Shown in pieces: positions 36,390 to 46,800 of a stretch of 64,000 nt of DNA; position 1 is the stretch's first letter; the number at the start of each line of letters is the position of its first letter. The notes beneath the pieces are model-generated. The model saw only the letters and a list, made by a program, of their open reading frames with translations, searched no databases and had not been told where the DNA came from. The DNA comes from an uncultured Rikenella sp. (GTDB lineage: Bacteria; Bacteroidota; Bacteroidia; Bacteroidales; VadinHA17): the NCBI GenBank assembly GCA_964535795.1, contig CAZHTG010000012.1, forward strand, positions 3,729-67,728, read 5' to 3'. The position numbers were made by a program, and so were the translations under genes.

Positions 36390-37517
36390 ATGATGGATAT
36401 TGAGCAGACGGTATCGTGGGGTTTTGGCGACGGTCCTATGATAATAGCCGGGCCGTGCAGTGCCGAGAGCGAGGAGCAGCTTCTTGCCACGGCCACCGCC
36501 CTGAAGGCCACGGGTATGGTTAAGCTCTTCAGAGCCGGGCTCTGGAAACCGCGGTCAAGACCCTCTTCCTTCGGAGGAGAGGGGCTCAGGGCCCTCTCCT
36601 GGCTGCAGAGAGTGAAGGAGGAGACAGGCTTGCCGGTGGCGGTTGAGGTTGCCTCACCACTGCACGCGGAGGCATGCCTGAAGGCAGGTATTGATGTCGT
36701 CTGGCTTGGCGCCCGGACTGTCTCAAATCCCTTCAGTGTAGATGAGATAGTGGCTGCACTCAGAGGCACGTCACAGCCCGTGATGGTGAAAAACCCACTC
36801 AGTCCTGACGTTGACCTGTGGATGGGAGCCATTGAGAGGGTATACAGCACAGGAATAAGAAAGATTGCAGCAATACACCGGGGTTTTACCCCGTATGAAA
36901 AAAGCCGCTATCGCAATATACCCAAGTGGGAGCTGGCCATAGAACTGCGCAGCCGCATACCGTCGCTGCCGGTAATATGTGATCCGAGCCATATGTCGGG
37001 CAAGGCGGGCTTTGTTCCCGAGATCGCCCAGAAAGCACTTGACATGAACATGGCAGGGCTGATGGTGGAGGTGCATCCTGACCCGCCTAACGCCTTGAGC
37101 GACCGGGAGCAACAGCTTGACCCTCCAAATTTTAAAACCATGATGGAGAGCCTGGTATTCCGTCGGAGCACCTCTGACGATTCCGGATTCCGCGACAGGC
37201 TTGAGGAGATGAGAAACCAGATAGACTCCATTGACCATCAGCTCATCGAGCTGCTCGCTTCACGCATGAGGATATCAGCCAGGATGGGAGAGTTCAAGTG
37301 CCGGAATGGCGTTACGATATTCCAGCTCGAAAGGTGGCTTGAGGTTCTCCGGACACGTACACAGCACGGGTTAACCGAAGGGCTTGACGGGGAATTCGTC
37401 GGAACAATAATCCGGATGATACACGAGGAGTCGATACGCTGCCAGGACAGGGCCACGGAGCAGCTACGACGGAAGGGGGGGTGCCCCCCTGCTTCTCAGC
37501 AGGTTAAAAAGGAGTGA
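36390..37517 (+). CDS. bifunctional 3-deoxy-7-phosphoheptulonate synthase (type I-beta) / chorismate mutase
   Basis: N-terminal KDSA/DAHPS fold (IIAGPCSAES...CDPSH). C-terminal AroQ chorismate mutase domain (MRNQIDSIDHQLIELLASRMRIS). Confidence 0.88.
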   Translation: MMDIEQTVSWGFGDGPMIIAGPCSAESEEQLLATATALKATGMVKLFRAGLWKPRSRPSSFGGEGLRALSWLQRVKEETGLPVAVEVASPLHAEACLKAGIDVVWLGARTVSNPFSVDEIVAALRGTSQPVMVKNPLSPDVDLWMGAIERVYSTGIRKIAAIHRGFTPYEKSRYRNIPKWELAIELRSRIPSLPVICDPSHMSGKAGFVPEIAQKALDMNMAGLMVEVHPDPPNALSDREQQLDPPNFKTMMESLVFRRSTSDDSGFRDRLEEMRNQIDSIDHQLIELLASRMRISARMGEFKCRNGVTIFQLERWLEVLRTRTQHGLTEGLDGEFVGTIIRMIHEESIRCQDRATEQLRRKGGCPPASQQVKKE

Positions 37518-38180
37518 TATTACAATGTAGGCTCCCATAATCATCGGCAGCGAGGCAAGTCTGAAGATAATGAACAGAAGTACAGCAGCCCCTGCAAAGA
37601 GCCAGCGCTCCTCATTACCCTTCCATCCCAGGCTGGAGAACTTGAGCGAAAACATCCTGGTGTTTATCAGCATCATAACAGCAAGAAAAACTGAAAGCAG
37701 ACCTGTCAGTAGCGGAGAGCCGGTAATTGTGTCAAAGATCCTGTGACCGGTATATTCCGAGGCTATGACAAGCGACACAACGGTGAAGGCACTGCCCGGC
37801 GTGGCCAGACCCCTGAAAGAGGTCGACTGGGTGGTGTCATTATTGAATTTGGCAAGTCTCAGGGCGGAGGCTGCAGGTATAAGGGAGGCAATGGCAAAGG
37901 CCGGGGCAAACTCCAGCCCGGCCGAGGTGAGAAGGTTAATGACAATGGCACCGGGAGCAATCCCGAAGGTCACCACATCAGCAAGACTGTCGAGGTCTTT
38001 TCCTATGTCTGACCAGGCTTTCAGCAAACGTGCCGCAAATCCGTCTGAAAAATCGAGGATCATTCCGGCCATAATGCAGAATGCCGCATAATCATTATAA
38101 CCTTTTATTGCATAGATGGTTGCTGCGAAACCTGATACAAGGTTGAGAAGTGTAAGAGTGTTTGGAATGTGTCGGATCAT
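37464..38180 (-). CDS. pssA: CDP-diacylglycerol--serine O-phosphatidyltransferase
   Basis: CDP-alcohol phosphatidyltransferase motif DFSDGFAARLLKAWSDIGKDLDSLADVV. Confidence 0.9.
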   Translation of the reverse strand: MIRHIPNTLTLLNLVSGFAATIYAIKGYNDYAAFCIMAGMILDFSDGFAARLLKAWSDIGKDLDSLADVVTFGIAPGAIVINLLTSAGLEFAPAFAIASLIPAASALRLAKFNNDTTQSTSFRGLATPGSAFTVVSLVIASEYTGHRIFDTITGSPLLTGLLSVFLAVMMLINTRMFSLKFSSLGWKGNEERWLFAGAAVLLFIIFRLASLPMIMGAYIVISLLFNLLRSRGAPPLPS

Positions 38181-38234
38181 GCTCTTTATGACGGTGGTGC
38201 TAAATTACAATATTCCCTGCAACTATTATTTGTT

Positions 38235-38242
38235 TATTTTTG
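38235..38242 (+). promoter_or_regulatory. -7 box (TATTTTTG)
   Basis: Exact TAnnTTTG match 10 nt before the ATG at 38252 (very short leader). Confidence 0.35.
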
Positions 38243-38251
38243 CATCTGACA

Positions 38252-38674
38252 ATGAGAGATCTCACCAATATTAAAATCGCGGTTGACTTTGACGGCACGA
38301 TCGTTGAACACCAGTACCCTTCTATAGGCAAGGAGGTGCTCTTTGCATTCATCACCCTGAAAGAGCTGCAGAAGAGGGGTGCCCTGCTCATCCTCTGGAC
38401 ATTCCGTACAGGAAGGGAACTGCAGGAGGCGGTGGATTACTGCAGGCAGAACGGCATTGAGTTCTACGCGGTGAACAAGAACTACCCTGAAGAGCAGTGG
38501 ACAGATGAGACCCCCCGCAAAGTAAACGTTGACATTTTCATTGATGACAAGAACGTGGGAGGCTTTCCGGGCTGGGGTGAGGTGCTGAATATGATTGATC
38601 CATGGTCAGAGAGGGAGGAGCAGGCGATGCGTGCAATAAAGACCAGGCGTTTCAGCCTGTTCGGCAAGAAATAA
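38252..38674 (+). CDS. small HAD-superfamily-like hydrolase (function unknown)
   Basis: IAVDFDGTIV DxDxT motif and a ...FIDDKN acidic motif. 140 aa. Confidence 0.55.
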   Translation: MRDLTNIKIAVDFDGTIVEHQYPSIGKEVLFAFITLKELQKRGALLILWTFRTGRELQEAVDYCRQNGIEFYAVNKNYPEEQWTDETPRKVNVDIFIDDKNVGGFPGWGEVLNMIDPWSEREEQAMRAIKTRRFSLFGKK

Positions 38675-38684
38675 TCTACTTACT

Positions 38685-39809
38685 ATGAGGAAGCATACCA
38701 TTCATATACTTATTTTCCTGCTGGTGCTAGTTGCAGTGATATCATGCTCAGGATCAGCAGGCACCGGAAAGAAGGAGGCAACGGTCAAGCCCGGTACCGG
38801 GGCTGAGACTGACTCCCGGCCTGCAAAGAGGCTTATAGAGGTGCTGGCCCCTGCTGACAACTCGACGATGATATGCACTGACCGGATAGTGTTTTCCATT
38901 GCCCAGGCAGCAGGCCAGACGAAAGTTGATTCAGTACAGCTCTGGATCGGAGGCACTCTTGCGCAGACACTTCGCACTCTGCCTGCCACGGCGGAGCTTG
39001 AGACGGCAGGCAGACCCGGGAGATTATCACTGCGCGCCGTGGCTTACTCTTCAACGGCAAGACCCCAGACAGTGGCACTTTTCGTAACGCTCCTTTCAGA
39101 CATAACCCCGGTGACATACCGTTACCGTGTTGTGAAGAGCTACCCACATGACCGGCGGGCTTATACCCAGGGACTGGTATATGACAGCGGATTCTTCTAT
39201 GAGGGTACCGGGCAACCGGGCGAATCGTCACTCAGAAAGGTGGAGATCGAAACAGGTAAGGTACTCACCCAGGTCAATCTCGATGGCTCACTCTTCGGTG
39301 AGGGTGTGGCGCTGCTTGGTGAGCGAATCTACCAGCTTACTTGGACGACAAAGGTGGGCTTTGTATATGAGAAGGAGACCATGAAACAGATTAACAGGAT
39401 CTATTATCAGACCCAGGGATGGGGCCTCACCACCATGGGCGACAGTCTTGTTATGAGTGACGGGACAAATGTAATCTGGTTCCTGGACCCCGACTTCAAT
39501 GTCCTCTCCTCGGTTGAGGTATGGGACAATAAGGGAATGGTGGACAACCTGAATGAACTTGAGATGATAGACGGGGAGCTCTGGGCGAACATCTGGCAGA
39601 CAGACAGGATAGCGCGCATAGATCCTCTGTCAGGCAAGGTACTCGGATATGTTGAACTGAATAACCTCCTGCCCCGGGAGGCGCGTTCGCAGGAGACCGA
39701 TGTGCTTAACGGCATCGCCTGGGATGCCGGCAACAGGCGCCTGTTCGTCACAGGCAAGTACTGGCCGTTTGTCTTCGAAATCACCACCTCGCCGGTCAGC
39801 CGCAACTGA
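38685..39809 (+). CDS. glutaminyl-peptide cyclotransferase (beta-propeller type) with N-terminal lipoprotein/Ig-like extension
   Basis: Lipobox VISCSG, then YPHDRRAYTQGLVYDSGFFYEGTGQPGESSLRKVEIETGKV..., typical of plant/bacterial-type QC. Confidence 0.8.
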   Translation: MRKHTIHILIFLLVLVAVISCSGSAGTGKKEATVKPGTGAETDSRPAKRLIEVLAPADNSTMICTDRIVFSIAQAAGQTKVDSVQLWIGGTLAQTLRTLPATAELETAGRPGRLSLRAVAYSSTARPQTVALFVTLLSDITPVTYRYRVVKSYPHDRRAYTQGLVYDSGFFYEGTGQPGESSLRKVEIETGKVLTQVNLDGSLFGEGVALLGERIYQLTWTTKVGFVYEKETMKQINRIYYQTQGWGLTTMGDSLVMSDGTNVIWFLDPDFNVLSSVEVWDNKGMVDNLNELEMIDGELWANIWQTDRIARIDPLSGKVLGYVELNNLLPREARSQETDVLNGIAWDAGNRRLFVTGKYWPFVFEITTSPVSRN

Positions 39810-39949
39810 TCGCTTTTCCCGGCTCAGTACTGTTGAAAACGTGTTAATAAACCCGGAGAAAATGTTTACAATAACATACTTGGCCGGCTTTCCGGCGTAT
39901 CCATTAATTGTAAATTTGAAGCTCATTAAATTAAGGTAAAAGGGATCAT

Positions 39950-40729
39950 ATGTCAAGGACAATAGCACTGGCCAATCAGAAGGGAGGAGTAGGGAAGACG
40001 ACTACGGCAATTAATCTGGCCGCAAGCCTGGCCGCGCTTGAAAAGAAGGTATTGATTGTTGATGCAGACCCGCAGTCGAATGCCACATCGGGTGTGGGCA
40101 TTGACAGCAAGCAGGTGAAGGTCACCGTTTACGACTGTCTCATCGACGGGGTCAATCCGCGTGAGGCGATTATGGCCTGCGGCATTGACAATCTCTCAGT
40201 CATCCCTTCCAATATTGATCTTGTAGGAGCTGAGATTGAGATGCTGGAGAGGCCTGAGAGGGAGAAGACACTTAAAAAGGTTCTGGCTCCGATCTCTTCC
40301 GATTACGACTATATTCTTATTGACTGTTCGCCGTCGCTTGGACTGCTTACAGTCAACGCCCTCACTGCAGCCGACTCTGTGATAATTCCGGTACAGTGTG
40401 AGTACTTCGCGCTTGAAGGGCTTGGCAAACTGCTCAACACCATCAAGATCATTCAGACCAACCTGAACCCTGCCCTGGCGATAGAGGGTTTTCTCCTGAC
40501 GATGTATGATTCGCGTCTCCGTCTGGCAAACCAGGTGGTTGATGAGGTCACCCGTCACTTCCAGCAGATGGTCTTCAATACGATTATTCAGCGCAATGTC
40601 AAGCTGTCAGAGGCACCCAGTTACGGGCAGCCTGCCATACTCTACGATGCCGAATCAAGAGGTACGGTGAACTATCTCAACCTGGCCCGTGAGCTGCTCG
40701 AGAGGGTGGAGGCCAGGCAGAAGAATTAA
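39950..40729 (+). CDS. parA: ParA/Soj chromosome-partitioning ATPase
   Basis: Deviant Walker A KGGVGKTT. 259 aa. Confidence 0.95.
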   Translation: MSRTIALANQKGGVGKTTTAINLAASLAALEKKVLIVDADPQSNATSGVGIDSKQVKVTVYDCLIDGVNPREAIMACGIDNLSVIPSNIDLVGAEIEMLERPEREKTLKKVLAPISSDYDYILIDCSPSLGLLTVNALTAADSVIIPVQCEYFALEGLGKLLNTIKIIQTNLNPALAIEGFLLTMYDSRLRLANQVVDEVTRHFQQMVFNTIIQRNVKLSEAPSYGQPAILYDAESRGTVNYLNLARELLERVEARQKN

Positions 40730-40748
40730 CAATCCGCTTATCCGCATT

Positions 40749-41636
40749 ATGAACACAGCCAAAAAGAGCCCGCTGGGCAGAGGCCTTGGCGCCCTGATTG
40801 AAGGTGTTGAGAAAGAGGTGCTTGAGAAGAAGGTGGAGGCCAACCTCCAGATCGATATCAACTCCATTGACGGCAATCCCTTTCAGCCGCGAACACGCTT
40901 TGACAGCCAGTCGCTGGAAGAGCTTGCATCGTCCATAAGGCAGGTGGGGATAGTAGTACCCCTCACCGTCAGGGAGACAGGTGAAGGCCGTTATCAGCTT
41001 ATCGCCGGTGAGCGCAGGCTGCGTGCCGCACGGATGGCCGGCCTGACACACGTCCCGGCATATATCCGCACTGCTGATGACACCGCGATGCTGGAAATGG
41101 CCCTCGTGGAGAATATCCAGAGGGAGGATCTTGATGCCATTGAAGTGGCAATCACCTACCAGCGCCTCATTGAAGAGTGCAGCCTGACACAGGAGCAGCT
41201 TAGCGACAGGGTGGGCAAGCAACGCTCCACGGTGGCCAACTACATGCGCCTCCTCAGACTGCCCGCGGAGATACAGCTGGGCATACGCAACAGGAATCTC
41301 TCAATGGGACACGCCCGTACGCTGGTAAATATTGAAGACCCCGCCAAACAGATCAACGTCTTTTATCACATAATAGAGGAAGACCTCTCTGTCAGGGCTA
41401 CAGAGGAGCTGGTAAGGCACCTCCAGAGTGCGTCATCAAAAGACCCGGTGAAGGAGGAAAAGAAAAAGAGACTTACCACCGAGTACGAGGAGCTGGCCCG
41501 GCAGCTCAGCAGCCTCTTCCAGTCAGAGGTACAGTTTCGCATCAATGAGAAGGGCAGGGGTAAAATCGTCATCCCGTTCGGTGACAGCGATGAGATGGAG
41601 CGCATAATCGGATTGCTCGATAAACTTAACAGGTAA
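40749..41636 (+). CDS. parB: ParB/Spo0J partition protein
   Basis: LGRGLGALI, and GERRLRAA in the ParB box. The start at MNTAKK is preferred. Confidence 0.95.
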   Translation: MNTAKKSPLGRGLGALIEGVEKEVLEKKVEANLQIDINSIDGNPFQPRTRFDSQSLEELASSIRQVGIVVPLTVRETGEGRYQLIAGERRLRAARMAGLTHVPAYIRTADDTAMLEMALVENIQREDLDAIEVAITYQRLIEECSLTQEQLSDRVGKQRSTVANYMRLLRLPAEIQLGIRNRNLSMGHARTLVNIEDPAKQINVFYHIIEEDLSVRATEELVRHLQSASSKDPVKEEKKKRLTTEYEELARQLSSLFQSEVQFRINEKGRGKIVIPFGDSDEMERIIGLLDKLNR

Positions 41637-41674
41637 TTAGTTATATTTGCCGGCAAACGCAAAAGGTTTACCCT

Positions 41675-42304
41675 TTGGAGTTGTCCGCCAAAATAGCATT
41701 CATCCTTCTTTTTTCATCTGTCATGACCTGCGGGGCACAGACTCAGGATACTATTCGTGTCCGCAGAGAGAAGGTCAGAAAATATACCATTGAACCTGTC
41801 AGATCTACCATGTTCGCGGCCGCCCTGCCCGGCCTCGGCCAGATATACAACCGCAAATACTGGAAGGTACCCATTGTCTATGCCGGTTTCGGAGCACTGG
41901 GCTATGTCGTCACCTTCAACACGCAAAACTACAATTCCTTCATTAACGCCTACCAGGATTTCACCGACATCATCCCTGAGACAGACAGCTATCTCGATCT
42001 GCTGGTCAACCAGGACCCCGCAACCTATGATCCCGTGCTCCATCCTGAGACCTACACCGCCTCAAACGAGGCATGGGTAAAGACTTCGCTGCTTAACGGC
42101 GTCGATTATTACCGCAAGTACCGTGACCTCTCCTACATTGGCATAGCGGCATGGTACCTGTTCACTATCATTGACGCCCACGTTGATGCAAGCCTGTTTG
42201 ATTACGATATCAGTGATGACCTGAGGGCTTATCTGCTTCCTGTCAGCGCAACCTATGCAAGATTATCACCGGGAATTACGTTTTCCATTGTAAAGACATT
42301 CTAA
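41675..42304 (+). CDS. DUF5683 domain protein
   Basis: ALPGLGQIYNRKYWKVPIVYAGFG motif with the conserved position after parB. TTG start. Confidence 0.7.
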   Translation: MELSAKIAFILLFSSVMTCGAQTQDTIRVRREKVRKYTIEPVRSTMFAAALPGLGQIYNRKYWKVPIVYAGFGALGYVVTFNTQNYNSFINAYQDFTDIIPETDSYLDLLVNQDPATYDPVLHPETYTASNEAWVKTSLLNGVDYYRKYRDLSYIGIAAWYLFTIIDAHVDASLFDYDISDDLRAYLLPVSATYARLSPGITFSIVKTF

Positions 42305-42306
42305 AA

Positions 42307-43872
42307 ATGACGAATATGACTCTGAAAACTATAATCATTACCCTTACACTTTCACTTGTTACTCTTTCGGCAACAGCTGTCAATGATACCATTATTATAA
42401 TAAATGACGATTCCACAGAACGCATTGAACGCGACCTGGACGGCCTGCTGAATGAATGGTTCATCCAGATGTCAGCTGCCGGTACGGAGATCACCGCGAC
42501 TGACTCAATCATAGCAGAGTTCAGCGACTCTGTATACAAGGATCGTCTCGGGAGGATCAATTCAGTCATCCTCCTCCCGTACAACAATATCATCAGGAGC
42601 CATATCCATGTGTACACCAACCGGAAGGTTGACAGGTTCCAGGTCATGCTGGGTCTTCAGGACTACTATTTCCCCATGATAGAAGATATATTTGATTACT
42701 ACGGGCTGCCGGTGGAGCTTAAATATATGGCGGTCATTGAATCCGCACTGAATCCAAATGCAGTGAGCCGGGTCGGAGCTACCGGATTATGGCAGTTCAT
42801 GTACAGCACTGGGCGTATGTACGGGCTCACGATCAACTCGGTTGTGGATGAACGCCGCGATCCCGTCAAGGCCACTCACGCCGCTGCCAGGTACCTGAAA
42901 GACCTGTATGGCATTTACAACGACTGGATACTGGTCATTGCCGCATATAACTGCGGCCCGGGCAATGTCAACAAGGCGATCCGCCGTTCCGGCAACCGCA
43001 AGGATTACTGGGAGATTTATTACCGCCTTCCCCGCGAGACACGAGGCTATATCCCGCAGTATGTTGCTGCCACATATGCCATGAACTATTACCGCGAGCA
43101 CAATATCACCCCTACCCAGATCAACCTGCCGCTGGCGGTTGACACCGTGATGGTCTCCCATGATATTCATCTTGAGCAGATTGCTGCAGTACTCGACCTG
43201 CCGCTCGAGGAGATCAGGGCCATGAACCCCCAGTACCGCACCGGGCTTGTCCCCGGCAGGAGCAAGGCCAGCGCCATTACCCTTCCCATAGACAAACTGG
43301 GTGATTTCATCTCAATGACTGACACCATCACCGGTTACATGAAGGAGCAGTATCTCACAAGGGTAAACCAGACTTCGGCTCCGACACAGTCGGCCTACGC
43401 ACCACCCGACGTAAAGGGGAAGACAGCCCTTACCTATGTGGTTAAGGACGGTGATAACCTGGGCTTCATCTCCGAATGGTATGACGTGGGGCTTTCGGAC
43501 CTGAGATACTGGAACAATATCTACCGTAACACGATAAGGATCGGGCAGAAGCTTACCATATACGTTGACCCTGCCAGGGCTGAAAGGTACAGCAAGGTCA
43601 ATTCAATGAGTTTCACCGAAAAACAGAGACTCGAAGGGAAGGTCACCACGACTGCTTCCGGAGTCTCACAGGCAACTTCCGCCTCTGCACCCCTCTCCGC
43701 ATTATCTGATGGTGAGTATGAACTTTATACTGTCAGATACGGTGACACGGTATGGGACATTGCCAAAAAGTTTAGTGGTGTAACTGCAACTGACATACTG
43801 AGAATCAACAATATCTCCGACGCTTCCAGGATACAGGTGGGACAGAAGCTGAGGATCAGAAAAAAAGGCTGA
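42307..43872 (+). CDS. lytic murein transglycosylase (SLT domain) with C-terminal LysM repeats, MltD-like
   Basis: VIESALNPNAVSRVGATGLWQFM catalytic region. LysM-like repeats (YVVKDGDNLGFIS..., YTVRYGDTVWDIAKKF...). Confidence 0.88.
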   Translation: MTNMTLKTIIITLTLSLVTLSATAVNDTIIIINDDSTERIERDLDGLLNEWFIQMSAAGTEITATDSIIAEFSDSVYKDRLGRINSVILLPYNNIIRSHIHVYTNRKVDRFQVMLGLQDYYFPMIEDIFDYYGLPVELKYMAVIESALNPNAVSRVGATGLWQFMYSTGRMYGLTINSVVDERRDPVKATHAAARYLKDLYGIYNDWILVIAAYNCGPGNVNKAIRRSGNRKDYWEIYYRLPRETRGYIPQYVAATYAMNYYREHNITPTQINLPLAVDTVMVSHDIHLEQIAAVLDLPLEEIRAMNPQYRTGLVPGRSKASAITLPIDKLGDFISMTDTITGYMKEQYLTRVNQTSAPTQSAYAPPDVKGKTALTYVVKDGDNLGFISEWYDVGLSDLRYWNNIYRNTIRIGQKLTIYVDPARAERYSKVNSMSFTEKQRLEGKVTTTASGVSQATSASAPLSALSDGEYELYTVRYGDTVWDIAKKFSGVTATDILRINNISDASRIQVGQKLRIRKKG

Positions 43873-43885
43873 TTAAAACACGAAT

Positions 43886-46800
43886 ATGCGCCCCGGCAGA
43901 ATTCTGCTTTTTCTGCTTTCCGTCACTCTGACGCTCTTCATCCTGAGCCTTGTGATCGCTCAACAGCGATCCGGCAGGGACCTGCCTTTACATGAATCAT
44001 CTGCTGACACGGCCACGCATCAGCCGGATCTTCATGCTACCGTGCTCAGCGACACAGTTGCAAAGGAGCCGCAGGCAGCTGGTACCGGTGTTCAGGAAAT
44101 CCCGCGCGATCATGGTTCAGCACCGGCTGAGGCAGGAATGGCTCCGGCCATGGTCAAAGCTCCCTACTACCCGGGTGACGCGCTGAGAGACTCCCTGGCG
44201 GAGGGCCGCCAGGTAAGGATACTCTACTTTGGCGACTCACAGATTGAGGGTGACCGGGTAACCTCCATGCTCAGGCAGGAGCTGAGAGCCGGGGGCGGAG
44301 GAACAGGTCCCGGACTCTTCTCTCCCGTCATGCCGGTAATGTACACCAGGTCATATGTCGTCAGGTCGTCATCAAACTGGAGGAGATACACTCTTCTCGA
44401 TTACAGGAACGGTTCGCTTCCCCATAACAGGCTGGGGCCGATGCTGGCCATCTGCCGCTTTACTCCCCCGGAGACAACCCTTACTGAACGATCATTTGCC
44501 TCGGTTAAGCTAAACCCCGTACCCGGTGCAGATGCCTCCGTTTCGAAGTACGAGAAGCTGAGGATCTTCTACGGTCACAACTATGACACCGTACTTGTCG
44601 GCATCAGGTCAGGAAGCACCCTGGTCGATTTTGCCATGCTGCAGATGGGCGAAGGGCCGATGGAGTATACCGTACCTCTTCCATCCATATCGGATATCAC
44701 CGTCGAATTCACCGGCCGTAACTCTCCTGATATATATGCCATGAGTCTTGAGAGTGACACCGGAGTGATAATTGACAATATACCTGTGCGCGGGAGCGCC
44801 GGCCTTGAGTATGTTATGACAGATATCCGGGGCTTTGAAGGATGCCTTTCCAGACTCAACCCCGATGTCATCTTCCTGCAGTTCGGCCTTAATGTGGTCA
44901 GGAACGTCAGGAGCGAGTATCATTATTATGAAGAGGGCCTGGTAAAGCAGATCGAATACCTGAAGAGGGCATCCGGTGGAGTACCGGTGGTACTGGTGAG
45001 CGTAACGGATATGGCACTGCGGGTTAGTGACACCATAAGACAATTCCCCAATATCAGGGCAATACGCGATGCACAGGAGAAAGCCGCTGAGAGGAGCGGA
45101 GCCATATTCTGGGATGCGTGGAAGGAAATGGGCGGCTCAGGCTCTATCATGACATGGTTTAGCCACAAGCCGGCACTGGCATCGAAAGACCTGACCCATC
45201 TGTCAAATGCCGGGGCAGATACCCTGGCCGTAAAAATAATGGCAGACCTGCTGGTCGCCCGCTCAGCGCCGGCAGAGCCTGCTTTCAGGGCGACGGCTCC
45301 ACCATATGACTCTCTTGCTGCAGCGGCTACGGAGTCCGTTGCAATTGAGGCCGCGACTGACGCCGATGATGATGGCGACGGCTGGGTCGCCTGGCTGCTG
45401 AAGTATAACCCGCGCCAGTCTTTTATCTTCACCACAACGGGCTTCTGGATCTTCTTCCTTGTAGTGATGGCAGGGTTTGCCCTGATGCATAAAAAAAGAG
45501 CCATGTGCCACACATGGCTGCTGCTGGTGAGCCTTTACTTCTATTACCGGGCAGGGGGTCTGTTCATCATCCTGCTGATGCTTACAACGGCACTGACTTA
45601 CTTTACAGCCCTCATGACCGGCAGGGCTGAACGAAAGGCCGGGAAGCGACTGTGGCTGGTAACCAATATCGTTCTGCTGCTGGGCTTCCTCTCATACTTC
45701 AAGTACGCGGGGTTTATCACGGAGACGATTAATTCACTCTTCAACACGGCTTTTATAGCTCACGATGTCTTTTCATCCATGTCAAACAGCCTGTTGGGAA
45801 CATCATTTGACATAAACACTATTGTGCTGCCGGTAGGGATATCGTTCTTCACCTTCCAGGCGCTGAGCTACAGCATTGACGTCTACAGGGGGCGCATGAT
45901 GCCTGAAAAGAACTTCATCGATTTTGCCTTCTACCTGACATTTTTTCCCCAGCTGGTGGCCGGTCCGATAGTAAGAGCCTCAGAGTTCATCCCCCAGATG
46001 AGGGGAGAGTACAACATCAGCCGGAACGAATTCGGGTACGGGGTATTCCTGATACTGCAGGGCCTTGTCAAGAAGATGCTGATCTCCGACTTTATCTCTG
46101 TCGGGTTCATCGACAGGGTGTTCGAGACACCGGCACTCTATTCCGGTTTTGAGAACCTCATGGCAGCCTACGGTTACGGCCTTCAGATCTATTGTGACTT
46201 CTCAGGATACACTGACATTGCCATTGGCGTGGCTATGCTAATGGGTTTCAGACTGCCTCTAAATTTCAACTCGCCTTACAAGGCTGCCAATATCGGCGAT
46301 TTCTGGAGGCGCTGGCATATCTCTCTCTCGAGGTGGCTTAAGGATTACCTCTATATCCCTCTCGGTGGCAACAGGAAAGGTCCTGTAAGAACAGGGATCA
46401 ACCTGATGATTACGATGCTTCTCGGCGGTTTGTGGCATGGTGCTGCCATGCGCTTTGTGATATGGGGCGGCCTGCACGGGGCAGCACTTGTGGCAGACAA
46501 GATATGGCAATGGATCTTCAGGGGTGTGAAAAGAAAATCACGCATGTCACGCATAGCCGGCATCATACTTACATTTAACTTCGTCAGCTTCGCATGGATA
46601 TTCTTTCGCGCTGGAACAATGGAAGAGGCAGGGGTGATGCTGACGCAGATATTCACCTCATTCACACCGGGTGACTATGGCATGGTCGTCATGGCCTACC
46701 TGCCCGTGATAGTGCTGATCGCCTCAGGATACATCCTTCATTTTCTTCCGGTAACCACCAAGGAGGCTTACCGGGGCCTTTTTATCAGGCTCCCTCTGGT

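Noticed and set aside
39809-41700. Search for parS (TGTTNCACGTGAAACA-like) near parAB, and for DnaA boxes (TTATCCACA) suggesting oriC.
   Set aside because: None of the CACGTG cores I noticed (for example near 1427, 9124, 12514, 20274, 30226, 31526, 35696) has matching flanks, and I noticed no DnaA-box cluster. My scan was by eye and is not exhaustive.
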